Source of the DNA: Octopus vulgaris
Lineage: Eukaryota
Assembly (NCBI GenBank): GCA_951406725.2
Contig: OX597823.1
Coordinates: forward strand, 27,404,001-27,468,000
Direction: 5' to 3'
DNA length: 64,000 bases
In this document: positions 13,995 through 27,107 of the stretch, one piece after another
Layout of the letters: every line of letters begins with the position of its first letter
Numbering within the stretch: the stretch's first letter is position 1
Made by a program: the position numbers and the translations under genes
Notes under the pieces: model-generated
Databases searched by the model: none
What the model saw: only the letters and a program-made list of their open reading frames with translations
Told to the model about the DNA's origin: nothing

Positions 13995-14624
13995 CTTCAT
14001 TCTTTCTGGTTTCCTCACAACCATTCCCTTTTTTCTCTCCCTTTCTCTTGCTCCTCCTCCTTCCTCCCGTCGCTGACCCGCGACGAGAGCTCTGCTACTG
14101 TCTTTCTGACCTGGTTTCCTTGAAGTGTAGACGGCATTTTCTGTTGCTTCTTCGCCGTTCTCAAAAATAGCGTTCGTATACTTTATCTCGTTCGGCTTAA
14201 CAGCCCTTCTTGCCTTGTTATTCTCCTTGTCCTGTCTTTTACTGTTTATATTTTGTACTGTCGTTACTGTCCTGTTTTTGTTACCATTTTTACCCCTCCG
14301 CAAAAAGATCTCAAATTTTATTTTGCTTTTCGCGGGAAGGAAAGTTTCTATCGAAGATGCGTATCACCTTCACCTTCGAAACGCAGAGTAGATGAAACCA
14401 TGGCGACTGAAAAAGGGGAATTTTCCTTGTGTTATTTGTCCTGTGCTCTATTTTTTCGTTGTTTAAGAAAAATGTCCAGTTCCTTGGTTTTGTGTTTATG
14501 TTTACGTTTCTCATTGTGTTCGACGTTTTTTGGTGTCCTGTATCCATATATGTATGTATATATACATGTAGAGGTAGGTACGTACATATATGTATATATA
14601 TATATGCATATGTTTTATTTATTA

Positions 14625-14667
<43 letters not shown>

Positions 14668-14671
14668 TATA

Positions 14672-15060
14672 GGCGTAGGAGTGGCTGTGTGGTAAGTAGA
14701 TTGCTTACCAACCACATGGTTCCGGGTTCAGTCCCACTGCGTGGTAACTTGGGCAAGTGTCTTCTACTATAGCCTCGGGCCGACCAAAGTCTTATGTGTG
14801 GAATTGGTAGACGGAAACTGAAAGAAGCCCGTCGTATAGATGTATATATGTGTGTGTATGTGTGTGTGTGTGTATGTTTGTGTGTCTGTGCTTGTCTCTC
14901 TAGCACAGTGTGTTTACGTCCCCGTCATTAGCGGTTCGGCAAAAAAGCACCGATAGAATAAGTACTAGGCTTACAAAGAATATATCCCGGGGTCGATTTG
15001 CTCGACTAAAGGCGATGCTCCACTATGGCAGCAGTCAAATGACTGAAACAAGTAAAAGAG
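14672..15060 (+). mobile_element. tRNA-derived SINE family 1
   Basis: A/B-box-like head (gtggctgtgtggt...ggttcagtccc), internal (TA)/(TG) tract and a tail ending gaaacaagtaaaagag. Many copies in the window. Confidence 0.9.
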
Positions 15061-15071
15061 TATATATACAC

Positions 15072-15107
<36 letters not shown>

Positions 15108-15379
15108 TATACACAGTTCTCGCAGTTTCTGCCTGCAAAATTCATTTACAAGTCATTCGTCAGTGTTCAGAGCTATTTTAGACGACACTTGCCCAATGTA
15201 CCGCACATTGAGACTAAACCCGAAAATACATTTGCGAAGTGAATTATTTAACCACGCAGTTATCCTTGTACCTATACACAGTCATAAACTTTCATGTTAA
15301 TATTTTTTGTTCGGCTAATTTACTATCATTATCCTGTATCAAGTTAACATTCTGTTTTTATATATTAATAAAAAACATT

Positions 15380-16350
15380 TATGCTCGTAAGTTCCTTTAA
15401 TGTTACAATTCTTTCTAAACATAGACTGATGTTTAAAAGAAGCAACAACATATCTGCTTTTCAATGAAAGAAATATACCTTTAGCTTCGAATAATACATA
15501 AACCGTCTTCTACAAATAATTGAAAGTTTCATCAAGATGATTATATGAAAGATTTACTTCTTTGTGAAAAATCATCTAAAGATATAACAAAAGCTTAATT
15601 TGGTTTTAAGACGGAAAAAAGCTATCTTCCTAACAATTTACTCTGACCGTTTGAAGACGATTTATTCCGTCTAATCAAAAATATTAAGTTTAGAAGAAAT
15701 ATCAGCCAATTTTAGAAAGATCACAAGACCACTATCGAAAAATAAAACTTTAAATGTTTCTCTGCAATATAGACAAAACAAAAATACCTATATGAGCTCA
15801 AGAAAAAAATGATTTGTTTATATATAATTCAATCACAAATCTACGTAAATTATATCAGGAAAAATATCGACAAGCTAAAACTCAACAACAATGATTTTCA
15901 TTTGTTCAGTTAAAAGAGAAACACCTTTATGAGTTCAGCAAATAAGTTATGATCATTTCATCTTCAACTCGATCACAAATATACTTAAAAAGAATAAATT
16001 ATATCAATTCTAGAGTTTAACAAATTGTAATAAGACTAAATATAAATGATACAGTTCAATTTGGTAACTACATGATCACATTTCACACTTAAAGATCATA
16101 TTTCGAGTTTACCACATATCTTCAAACCAGACTGTCTAAAAGTGATATAGGAATTATTAATGAAAAAGTGCTGAACCTCATCATTTTTAAAAATTAGTCT
16201 TCGATTACATCTACCAGTTTGAAACTATACAAACTCAGTAACATAATGGGTTAACACAATAGAGATTTATTTATGCTTTTTCCCAGAATCCTACATAATC
16301 TTATTCTCTAGTTTCCAGTGATTTAATCGACATTCAGAACTAGTCTCACC
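15380..16350 (+). mobile_element. Possible very old PLE remnant
   Basis: A-rich sequence with a faint LVSSFNVT-like RT motif and no intact frame. Confidence 0.25.
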
Positions 16351-16459
16351 CTGTAAACAAGAACATTAAAATCAGTTGTGTTTCTTTAAATCAGTTGTGT
16401 TCCTTATATTTTAACAGCAACAAAGCATATAATCTTGCTTAATAACTTGTTTAATTACT

Positions 16460-16745
16460 TAGCATGGCTCAGTGGTTAGAGCGTTGAGCACCCAATCATA
16501 AGGAAGAGAATTCGATTCCTGTGTTTATTTCACTTTGCTCCAGTTAACTCAGCTGTAGAAATGAGTTGCGACGTCACTTGTACCAAGCTGTATCAGCCTT
16601 TGCTTTTCTCTTGCATAACGTCGGTGGCAAGAAGTGGGGAGGCTGGTATGCATGAGTAACTGCTGGTCTTACACAAACAACTTCGCCCGGACTTGTACCT
16701 TGGAGGGGAACTTTCTAGGTGTAATCCTATGGTCATTCATGACTT
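16460..16745 (+). mobile_element. tRNA-derived SINE (distinct family)
   Basis: tggctcagtggttagagc (A box) and ttcgattcc (B box) followed by a non-tRNA body. Confidence 0.7.
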
Positions 16746-17281
16746 TTTTTACACTTTCGATAACTTTTATATCAGATAATTTTCATTTTTTTACAGTGAA
16801 AACATTTTCAACATGTGTAATTTACACATCTGCTTTAGTTTTATCTTTGCAATTTAGTAATGATCTCTGATAAAAAGTATACAATAGTAACTGAAAAACA
16901 CATGACTTAGAATCTAGTAGGACACCTCAGTCAACACTTTCATTTAATTGCTTAAGCTCTGTCTTACTGTTCTAGCATTATCTTTATTTATTTAAATACT
17001 GAGCTTACAACTTACAATTTCCTTTTCGACTCGCAATTAGAAGGTTTTATCAAATTCAGTATTCCGTACTTTATTTTATTATAACTTCTTCAAGTTTACA
17101 AACAGCAAAAATTTACATTTCATTGCATTTTTTTTTTCTTTATTTCAATCTACTTTGATATTATCTGGTAAGAATATATATTTTGCTTTAAATTCCAATG
17201 TATCCACTTCACTACAATTTCAAAATAAGATTGATTTATTACTTCTTCACAATACCATAGTTTCAATATATACAAAAATAT

Positions 17282-17463
17282 AGGCGCAGGAGTGGCTGTG
17301 TGGTAAGTAGCTTGCTAATCAACCACATGGTTCCGGGTTCAGTCCCACTGCGTGGCATCTTGGGCAAGTGTCTTCTGCTATAGCCCCGGGCCGACCAATG
17401 CCTTGTGAGTGGATTTGGTAGACGGAAATCGAAAGAAGCCTGTCGTATATATGTATATATATG

Positions 17464-17499
<36 letters not shown>

Positions 17500-17742
17500 C
17501 GTGTGTGTGTGTATGTATGTGTGTGTATATGTTTGTGTGTCAGTGTTTGTCCCCCTAGCATTGCTTGACAACCGATGCTGGTGTGTTTACGTCCCCGTCA
17601 CTTAGCGGTTCGGCAAAAGAGAACGATAGAATAAGTACTGGGCTTACAAAGAATAAGTCCCGGGGTCGATTTGCTCGACTAAAGGCAGTGCTCCAGCATG
17701 GCCGCAGTCAAATGACTGAAACAAGTAAAAGAGTAAAGAGTA
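17282..17742 (+). mobile_element. tRNA-derived SINE family 1, full length
   Basis: Complete head, microsatellite and tail. Confidence 0.92.
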
Positions 17743-17779
17743 AAACGGATCTCAGCAACAAAAGGTAATTTGCCCATAT

Positions 17780-18006
17780 ACTCTTTTACCCTTTTACTTG
17801 TTTCAGTCGTTTGACCGCACCCATGCTGGAGCACCGCCTTTATTCGAGCAAATCGACCCCAGGACTTATTCTTTGTAAGCCTTGTACTTATTCTATCGGT
17901 GCTCTTTTGCCGAACCGCTAAGTGACGCGGACGTAAACACACCAGCATCGGTTGTCAAGCGATGTTGAGGGGACAAACACAGCCACACAAATATATACAC
18001 ACTCAT

Positions 18007-18063
<57 letters not shown>

Positions 18064-18245
18064 TATATATATATATATACATACATTCATATATATATAT
18101 ATATACGACGAGCGTCTTTCAGTTTCCTTCAACCAAATCCACTCACAAGGCTTTGGTCGGCCCGAGGCTATAGTAGAAGACACTTACCCAAGATGCCATG
18201 TGGTTGGTAAGCAAGCTACTTACCAAACAACCACTCCTTCGCCTA
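17780..18245 (-). mobile_element. tRNA-derived SINE family 1, inverted next to the previous copy
   Basis: Reverse complement of the family with a small deletion in the head. Confidence 0.9.
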
Positions 18246-18289
18246 TAATGTATGTTTATATGATATAAATATTTCAAAGATAATGCTTT

Positions 18290-18324
<35 letters not shown>

Positions 18325-18328
<4 letters not shown>

Positions 18329-18422
18329 AGAATTCACGAAAAAAGCAGACGAAGACAGATGGTGTAGAGAACAAACAGATGTATTAGTATAACGCTCGGG
18401 GATTGAAAAAGTCTTTTACGTT
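18325..18422 (-). mobile_element. PLE terminal (pLTR) fragment abutting (TA)n
   Basis: agggagaattcac... is the reverse complement of the end of the PLE at 54815-54851 and continues as in 49350-49430. Confidence 0.75.
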
Positions 18423-18470
18423 TATAGTATGTTATTTATTCCATTTTATTTTTTTTACTTTTATCAATAA

Positions 18471-19197
18471 CTAGCAGTATAACCCGGCCTTGCCCGGGAT
18501 TAAGTTACGATTATTAAGCTAATCAAGTTCTTTATTTCAAACCAAACTAAGTAATATAGACGTCAAATTTGGGCGAAATCCGTTGATTTAATATATATAA
18601 TATAACATAAATATATACGGGCAACAGACACGAACACACATACACACACGTACGTATGTACACCTATTGTATGTTTTGTGCACGCATACATGTTCATAAA
18701 CAGAAATGAATGGAAAAAATGTTGTTAAATTTGTAGATTAACACTCGCACGGTTTTCACTAAGAAAAAAATCGTTTTTTTTTTTTTGCGTGGAATCAACT
18801 ACTCTGGCCTCAAAACCTTTTTTGTGGTCCGTGAAACGGAGTGGAGTGTGGTGGAAGCCTCGGAAATTGTACCCATTTATATTGTGTAATTCACTGACAA
18901 ATTGTTACTCACCTCTTTGTTTCTTTGTTGTTAAATAAATGGATTGTTAACAAAACACTTTTTTACTCGGCGTAAAATAAAAACAAAACTCTTTCGCACC
19001 CAACGTAATGTGTGAGAGAGAGAGAGGGGGAGAAAGATGAACGATTTAAAATAAATAAATTATTTAAAATAAATATATTGTAATTGTTGTGTGAGAAAGT
19101 ATATATACTATGATTAAAAAAATATAGTGTCTTTCAAAAACAAAAAACAAAACATTTTACATTTTATTTTTATGAACGTAGTCACTTACTCTCTCTT

Positions 19198-19238
<41 letters not shown>

Positions 19239-19546
19239 TTGTTTTTCTCGTGAAACTCTCTGCCTCCTTCTTCTACTTTTCTTTATCTTTTTTTTTTTGT
19301 TAGACGCCATCAAAAAGCAATGGCTGATATTTGTTATGGTTAAAACTTATGGTTGAAAATGGTTGGAAATAGATTTTTACACTATCCACGGGTGCCTCAG
19401 GAAAAAAAATAAGTTGACAAAACCCAGATAGGGTGTTGATAAATGTCCTCCTAAAGTTTGAGCGACATGCATGCTAATTTGTGGATGTGCATAAATTACA
19501 ATCACGTACACACACACAGACGCACATACATCCTGCCTTTTATAGA
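18471..19546 (-). mobile_element. Non-autonomous Helitron-like element
   Basis: On the minus strand it reads A|TCTATAAAAGG...CCCGGGCAAGGCCGGG-TTATACTG-CTAG|T: 5' TC, subterminal hairpin, 3' CTAG and an AT insertion site. Confidence 0.7.
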
Positions 19547-20397
19547 TATGATACTTTTCGAAAGAACATGAGACACGAAGTTCTTTCAGATTCCATTATT
19601 TGCAAGCTGCCTTTAATATATCATTTGATAGAAAAAATATATTAAATGTTTCTTGATTTTAAAACAAGACTACTTTAGACATACTTAAATATACAAAGAG
19701 ATAAATACATAACATGTATATCTTTACGTTGCAATATTCTATGCAATTTATGAGTAAGGAAACTCACGAAAAAGCAACGTACTTCCTTGCGTATTGGAAA
19801 CTCTGCACGTGGAAATCGCATGTGAATAACACTGTAACATATTACCAAATTTTATGCGCTTTTTGTTTTGTAAACGGAGCTTACACTGCACACGATCCCC
19901 TTTATAAGTAAGGCAATGGCACCAAGAGATGAAACGACTGGATCATACCAAACTCTCCGGTACTCCGTCTTCCAGTCCTTCCCAACCAAAATCCCACTGA
20001 TGAAAACAGTTGGCTGAACTCGGATATTCTTTACACCAAATAGATTTTCCCATAGTAACCAAAGATCCCAGACTAGCTTTCTCCAAGACAGGTGTTTAGA
20101 TAACTCTTCGAGTTCATGTTAAGTATTTCTGTGTTACTGCTTTCTATAGTAACATGGTCCTTGATTCTATGCTGAGGTCAGCCGTCATTTTGACAGGGAT
20201 TTTGTTTGTCCCGATCGCAACACTCTTCACAAAGTTAGCCTAATAAGGGTGAGAGGTTAGTCACTGATGACCAAACTCACTCAAAATCCCATTCAGGACC
20301 GATGGACATCGATGTTTCGGTATTTTTGTGGCTTATCAACATCAAGCACCTGAACCGAGTCAGAGGCGAACTAAATCACCAGTCTGTGACTATTTAA

Positions 20398-20625
20398 GGC
20401 GGCGAGCTGGCAGAATCGTTAGCACGCTGGGCGAAATGCATAGCCGTATTTCGTCTGCCGTTACGCTCTGAGTTCAAATTCCGCCGAGATCGACTTTGCA
20501 TTTCATCCTTTCGGGGTCGATAAATAAAGTACCAGTTACACACTGGGGTCGATGTAATCGACTTAATCCCTTTGGATGTCTTTGTTTGTCCCTTCTATGT
20601 TTAGCCCCTTGTGTGCAATAAAAAA
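20398..20625 (+). mobile_element. tRNA-derived SINE family 2
   Basis: ggcggcgagctggcagaatcgttagc...gagttcaaattcc head and aataaa tail. Matches 50920-51150. Confidence 0.88.
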
Positions 20626-20781
20626 TATATATGTAAATAGACTAAAACCATTTTTTGGTATGCCAGGACGATGGTTACACTTTCAAGGAGTCGTCCACAC
20701 CACGCTAAGCTGCAAAACAAAAGAAACCCCATTCACAGAATATGTATGATCGTTAATATATATACATGTATATATTATATA

Positions 20782-20879
<98 letters not shown>

Positions 20880-20890
20880 TATATAGAAGG

Positions 20891-20941
20891 AGCTTCTACA
20901 GGACTAGAACTGTTTCATTCAAGAGAAATCTTCAGGAAGCT
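20891..20941 (-). ncRNA. Type I hammerhead ribozyme, intact core
   Basis: Minus strand: AGCUUC CUGAAGA u-uuc-ucuu-gaa-u GAA ACAG-uucuaguc-CUGU A GAAGCU. Stem I 6 bp, stem III 4 bp, GUA cleavage triplet. Confidence 0.85.
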
Positions 20942-21317
20942 AGTTAACAAGAATTGTATTGGCATTTATACATTTAGGCAGGTTTATAGGGGTGGTGGTG
21001 GGGGACATGTATATGTGTATATATATATGTGTGTGTATATATATATATATATATATGTGTGTATATATATATATGTATATGTGGGTATGTAGAGTTATAC
21101 GTATGTGCATGTGTATATGTATATGTATATGTGTATGTATGTGTATGTGTATGTACATATATGTGTGTGTGTGTATGTGTGTATATGTATGTATATATGT
21201 ATATATATGTGTGTATCTGTAGGTGTGGGTATATATATATGTGTGTGTGTGTATGTATATATATATGTATGTGTGTGTATGTATATATGTGTACCTATGT
21301 ATATATGTGTGTGTATA

Positions 21318-21369
<52 letters not shown>

Positions 21370-21429
21370 AATATGTGTGTGTATGTGTACATATGTGTAT
21401 GTGTGTATGTGTATGTGTGTATGTATATG

Positions 21430-21484
<55 letters not shown>

Positions 21485-21571
21485 ATGCATGTATATGTGT
21501 ATGTGCGTGTATGTGTATATGTGTATGTATGTGTGTGTGTATATATGTATATGTATGTATGTATATGTATG

Positions 21572-21617
<46 letters not shown>

Positions 21618-22364
21618 AATGTATATGTGTATGTGTATGTATTTGTATGTGTATGCATGCGCGTATATGTATGTATATGTATACGTGTGGGTGTGTGTAT
21701 GTGTGTATATATGTATGTATGTATGGGTGTATGTATGTATGTGTGTATGCGGATGTGTGTATATATATATATGTATATGTATATATATGTATATATGTGT
21801 ATATATATATATGTATATATATATATATGTGTGTATGTGTATGTGTATGTATATATATATATGTGTGTATATATATGTATGTATGTATTTGTATGTAGGT
21901 GTATAGGTATGTGTGTATATATATTTGGTGTATATGTATAGACTAGTCTTCTAAGATTGTAGACATGAATCTGTAGGTACGCGTATGTATGTGTATATAC
22001 GTGTATGTATGTAGATGTATGTATGTATGTATGAATATAACGCGTGCGTGCGTGTATGTGTATGAGTGTACGAATGAGAGTGTGTGTGCGTGCTAATGAG
22101 TGTGCGTGCGTGAGTGAGTGCTTGTGCTCAAGTAGAAAGATAAAAGGGACTAGCCAAGATGTTTGTGACCAGCGGTCAAAGATAACAAAAGTTATAAATG
22201 AAGATAATAAAATTAAAATTAGGGAATGGGTTTGTAATTGTATGTATATATGTGTATATGTGTAGGTATGAATAGGTACACATATGTATGTATGTATGTG
22301 TATATATATGTATGTGTGTGTGTGTGTATACATACATATATGTGTATGAATGGGTACACATATG

Positions 22365-22421
<57 letters not shown>

Positions 22422-22631
22422 ATGCATACATATATGTGTATATGTATATATGAGTATATAGGGACTTGTGTGTTGTGTATGCATGTGTGTATGTGGATAT
22501 GTGTGTGTATGTGAGTATGTGTATGTGTGTGTATGTATATATTTTTTTGTGTGTATGTGCATGTGTGGTCGTGTGTGTGTATATATACATGTGTGTGTGT
22601 ATATGTATATGCATGTATATGTGTATGTATG

Positions 22632-22662
<31 letters not shown>

Positions 22663-22685
22663 ATATGTAGATATATGTATGTATA

Positions 22686-22722
<37 letters not shown>

Positions 22723-22995
22723 GGGTGTGTGGGTATGTATGTGTGTATGTATATGTGTGTGTGTTGAGAATTTCCTTATTTACCTAAAACTCTATTCTTC
22801 TATACAATTTTATATTTTTTAATTTTTTATTCTTTTTTTATTCTTTTATTTATTCTTCTATCTAATTTACCACTGACTCCTTGACCACTCCCCCAAGTAT
22901 GATTTTTTTGCGCTATGCCTACCCCCAAAAGTCCCCCACCACCACCCCTATAAACCTGCCTAAATGTATAAATGCCAATACAATTCTTGTTAACT

Positions 22996-23046
22996 AGCTT
23001 CCTGAAAATTTCTCTTGAATGAAACAGTTCTAGTCCTGTAGAAGCT
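22996..23046 (+). ncRNA. Hammerhead copy with a G8-to-A core mutation (probably inactive)
   Basis: Identical to 20891-20941 except CTGAAAA replaces CTGAAGA. Confidence 0.75.
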
Positions 23047-23127
23047 CCTTCTATATAATAAATTAATTTTACTCTGCTATGTATTGAGTACCTTATTTAC
23101 TGTGGTTAACCCCGAATCAACCCGGGA

Positions 23128-23190
<63 letters not shown>

Positions 23191-23416
23191 TATTAAAAGG
23201 GATGTAGCCTTTTTCTCTACAGAAAAAAACTCCATCGGGAATTGCGGCAGTATATTAAAAGAACCTTTACGGTTAAAATTATAAATATCTTATAAGCAAG
23301 GGCTAAAGAAAGTTTTCTAAAGCCAATATACTGAAATCCACGTTTAATCTATTTGCTACAGAAAGTTGAACTGAAATGCGGGCAACTTTACCTTTGGAAC
23401 ATTTAAATTTCGTTAT

Positions 23417-23475
23417 CTTAATATTGAATCAATTTCGAAATCAACACCATAAGTGTTCGTTCGTCTTCAGTTAAG
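23417..23475 (-). ncRNA. Type I hammerhead ribozyme (inverted copy)
   Basis: Exact reverse complement of 23536-23594. Confidence 0.78.
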
Positions 23476-23535
23476 CTTACAAGAGAATATAAGTGAGATA
23501 CTCACACGTGCCTCTGGAAAACAGCCTCTTGTAAG

Positions 23536-23594
23536 CTTAACTGAAGACGAACGAACACTTATGGTGTTGATTTCGAAATTGATTCAATATTAAG
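23536..23594 (+). ncRNA. Type I hammerhead ribozyme with palindromic stem III
   Basis: CUUAA CUGAAGA cgaacgAACAC-uuaug-GUGUUgauuuc GAA AUUGA-u-UCAAU A UUAAG. Stem I 5 bp, AUA triplet. Confidence 0.8.
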
Positions 23595-23962
23595 ATAACG
23601 AAATTTAAATGTTCCAAAGTTAGAGTTGCCCGCATTTCAGTTCAACTTTCTGTAGCAAATAGATTAAACTTTCTTTAGCCCTTGCTTATAAGATATATAT
23701 ATATAGTAGAAATATGTTACGAAAAGAAAATATAAAAGACACGTGGAAATGTAAGGGTAAAATATGAAAAATCAACGAAAATGCATATTGCAAATAGAAA
23801 AAGGCTATTTATGACAGGTAACGACAAATATATACATTTAGATTGACTGAGGTAGTAATACGAGTCATAAAAGTTATTATTATGAGATGATTATAAGATG
23901 ATGATAAAGAACAAAACGAACCAATGATTTACGCAAAGTATTCATCGTTTGAACAACACCGG

Positions 23963-24007
<45 letters not shown>

Positions 24008-24409
24008 CGTGTTTCTCACAAACGTAATGACGCTGCTGGACATGGCTGCGCGATCGAACGAATTAACTGAAATATTGGACTGACAGGATTTGTTTCGGAG
24101 GAAATCCCACCTAACAAATTATGGCCCTTCAGAGAGGATTGCGTGTCAATTTTCCGCCACATAAACTGCTATCAGCATGCTAAACTATTAAAGGATCTTA
24201 TAAAGTATTTAAAGACTTTACCTTAAGAATTACAATAACCAGTAATATCAATGTAGTTAATTTTTAGACACTTTCTTAAAATTAAACCTAGATTAAAATT
24301 CCCTCAGAGAAAAGCAAATGAATACTCGGTAAATTTAGAAAAGTGCTACAATCGCCGTCACGTAGTTTTCATGAACATTCGTCGTCGATTTCTAAAATTT
24401 CAACAGATT

Positions 24410-24790
24410 CTTTTATTTGTTTCAGTCATTTGACTGCGGATGCTGGAGTCGTGCATTTAGTCGAACAAAGCGATCCCAGGACTTATTCTTTGTAAGGCTA
24501 GTACTTATTCTATCGGTGCTCTTTTGCCGAACCGCTAACTTAGGAAGGCGTAAAAATACCAACATCGGTTGTCAAGCGATGGTGAGGCGACAAACATAGA
24601 CACACAAATATGTGTGTGTACGTGTGTGTGCCTTTATATACGACGGGCTTCTTTCAGTTTCTGCTTACCAAATCGATTCACAAGGCTTTGGTCGACCCGA
24701 GGCTATTATAGAATTCACTTGCCCAAGATACCACGCAGTGGGGCTGAACCTGGAGCCATGTGGTTTGGAAGCAAGCTTCTTAACACTTAA
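24410..24790 (-). mobile_element. SINE family 1
   Basis: Reverse-complement match to the family. Confidence 0.88.
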
Positions 24791-24795
24791 CCACA

Positions 24796-24852
<57 letters not shown>

Positions 24853-25174
24853 ACACACTACTTACCACGAAAGCAATTTTTTATGTGCTCTCCCTACTAC
24901 AAGGATTCTTTAAATTAGATAGATTATTTTGTCAAGAACTGAATTTTTCATATATCTTTGTGCCTAAAAAAAAGTCATGGAAGGTTGTGGCAGCATAAAT
25001 ATACCTAGCTTGATCCTCTGTAAAATGTGGGTTTTGCTTCAAATATTGCAAAAGGTTTTAAACTTCTAACAGAGCTATTTTGCATTTGGTCACAGGAACC
25101 ACAAAATCAATAACACGAACTCTTTGAAAGCTGACTACAGCAGTACTAAGATGATCGAGAATTTGTGTGGTCAG

Positions 25175-25327
25175 CAGGTGTGCGGTCAATAGCTTGCTTC
25201 CCAACCACATGTTTTCGAGTTCAGTCCCACTGCGCGCCACCTTGGGCAGATGTCTTCTCCTATAGTCGAGGGCCGACGAAAGTCTTGTGAATGGATTTAT
25301 GTAGGTAGAAACTGAAAGAAGCCCGTC

Positions 25328-25363
<36 letters not shown>

Positions 25364-25560
25364 GTTTGAGTGTCTGTGTTTGTTCCCTCCACCGCTTGAC
25401 AACCGATGTTGGTGTGTTTATGTCTCCGTAACTTGTTCGGCATAAGTGACCGATAGAATAAGTACTAGGCTTACAAAGAATAAGTCCTGGGGTCGATTTG
25501 TTCGACTAAAGGCGATGCTCCAGCATGGCCGCAATCTAATGACTGAAACCAATAAAAGAA
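25175..25560 (+). mobile_element. SINE family 1
   Basis: Head, (TA)n and tail match. Confidence 0.88.
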
Positions 25561-26314
25561 TAACAGAAGAAATTATTAAGGACGCACCTGTCCGTAATAT
25601 AGTAAAGTACAACGTGGTTGGTCCAGCGTTAGCTCGTGCCTAGTTTATATTTTCCTTAGACAGAAACATAATTGGATTTTCCTGACAACTATAATTCCAG
25701 TTTAGAGAAATTTAAGAGCATGCTCGCTATAATTTTGATGTCAGTACATTTGTTGGAAACATAGTTTAAGGATTAATACGATATTAATGACGCACAACAG
25801 AACATATATTTGGTAATTTAGTATCTTATGTTTGCGGTTTCTATTAAGTGATCTGAACTGTCATGTATTTCATTTTCATTAAATTTCAGACCATCTAATG
25901 CATTCCGCATTGTATATAATTACTCAATAAATTAATTAACCCTGTTATTAATGAATGTACGATAATATAAATCAGTTTGGTGATTTCAGCTGTGGCAAAG
26001 TGCGTGTTCCACATAAGTTATGCATTACAACCTGTCAATGTAGACAACTCAAAACTCTTCCGTCGTTCACAGCTTGATAAGTGTCACGTTACTTAACTCT
26101 AGTTTCACCAACCGTTATGCATATAATGCATAACATTTCGTGTGCTTTATTTTTTCCTGAATTACGTATATTTCTATTCTTATACGCCAGGGAATAAATG
26201 AACTGGTTTTCGTAGATAACAAAGCAGAACGGCGCAGACATGTATGCGTATGTATGTGTGAATTTATGTATGCATGTATGCATATATGTATGTGTCATAC
26301 ACATACAGGATGCG

Positions 26315-27105
26315 AAGGGTAAATTGTCCCATTTTATATTTTTAATTACGCGCGTGCACATTGTTTGATTTTGATTTTGTTGACTACACTGTATACAAGA
26401 GTAAGTTGGGCACCGTCTGTGACAAGTACAGCACCATGACGCAATTCACTCTGACAGAAATTTGGCAACAATATGTTGCACTGCTTGGCATTCGTGACGG
26501 AAGATCCAATACGAACATTTCAGAGTGTTTGTGTGTCAACCTGACGACAGTGCAATCTGAGGACATGTACCGAGGGTGATAAAAATCAAACATCCAGTCA
26601 AAATCGTGGTGTTTGGAGTGATCACTAGTGATGGCGACGTTATGCCTCCATTCACCTTCCCTCACGGTCTCAGGCTCAACACGGAGGCCTACATCAAGTA
26701 CCTGAAGGAGGTAGTGCTGCCCTGGGTGACGACGGTGGATGCTGGAAACACTATGTCTGGCAACAGGACTATGCACCATGCCATACAAGCAGGAGAACCT
26801 AGTCATGGCTGTCAGATAATTTCTGCGACCACATCACTCCTAACATTTCGCCACCTAACTCCCCAGACTGCAACCCCTTGGTGCTTATGTGAGGGGCGCA
26901 GTTGAACGAGAGACCAACAAAACTCCTTGCAACACCAAAGACGAGGTGAAGAAAAGAATTATGGCAACATTCACCATCTTAAACAAGGAGACCGTCCAGA
27001 AGAGTTGCGAAGGATTCCGAAGTCGTCTGGAGGCCGTGGTTGAAACCAATTGCGATTTTATTGAATAAATTTACTCTTTTGTACTTCAAGATAATTTTGG
27101 TAACA
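26315..27105 (+). mobile_element. Internally deleted DD37D (maT)-like transposon, same family as 12555-13740
   Basis: MTQFTLTEIW start, VFGVITSDGDVMPPFTFPHGLRLNTEAYIKYLKEVVLPW and PPNSPDCNP motifs. Confidence 0.85.
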
Positions 27106-27107
27106 TT

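Larger units (their letters stand above)
20875..23130. mobile_element. PLE-derived element with ~130 bp inverted arms around ~1.9 kb of TA/TG low-complexity DNA
   Basis: 20875-21006 is the reverse complement of 22931-23062. The right arm has a further ~70 nt tail to (TA)n, and each arm has a hammerhead. Confidence 0.8.
23190..23697. mobile_element. Fold-back PLE-like insertion between (TA)n tracts
   Basis: 23285-23485 is inverted to 23526-23697 around a ~40 nt loop. The left arm has an extra tail at 23190-23284. Confidence 0.8.

Noticed and set aside
14253-14672. ORF with a good-context ATG at 14400 as the GPCR first exon
   Set aside because: No TM1/TM2 motifs, and it runs into (TA)n.
19997-20270. 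CTGATGA motifs at ~19997 and ~20264 (also CTGAAGA at ~36440) as hammerheads
   Set aside because: There is no correctly placed GAAA with stems I-III.
20940-22822. Long ORFs rich in Y/I/H/T/C/V/M (up to 412 aa), and similar ORFs across the window
   Set aside because: They are translations of (TA)n, (TG)n, (TACA)n, (GATA)n and (TAA)n tracts that lack stops in some frames.
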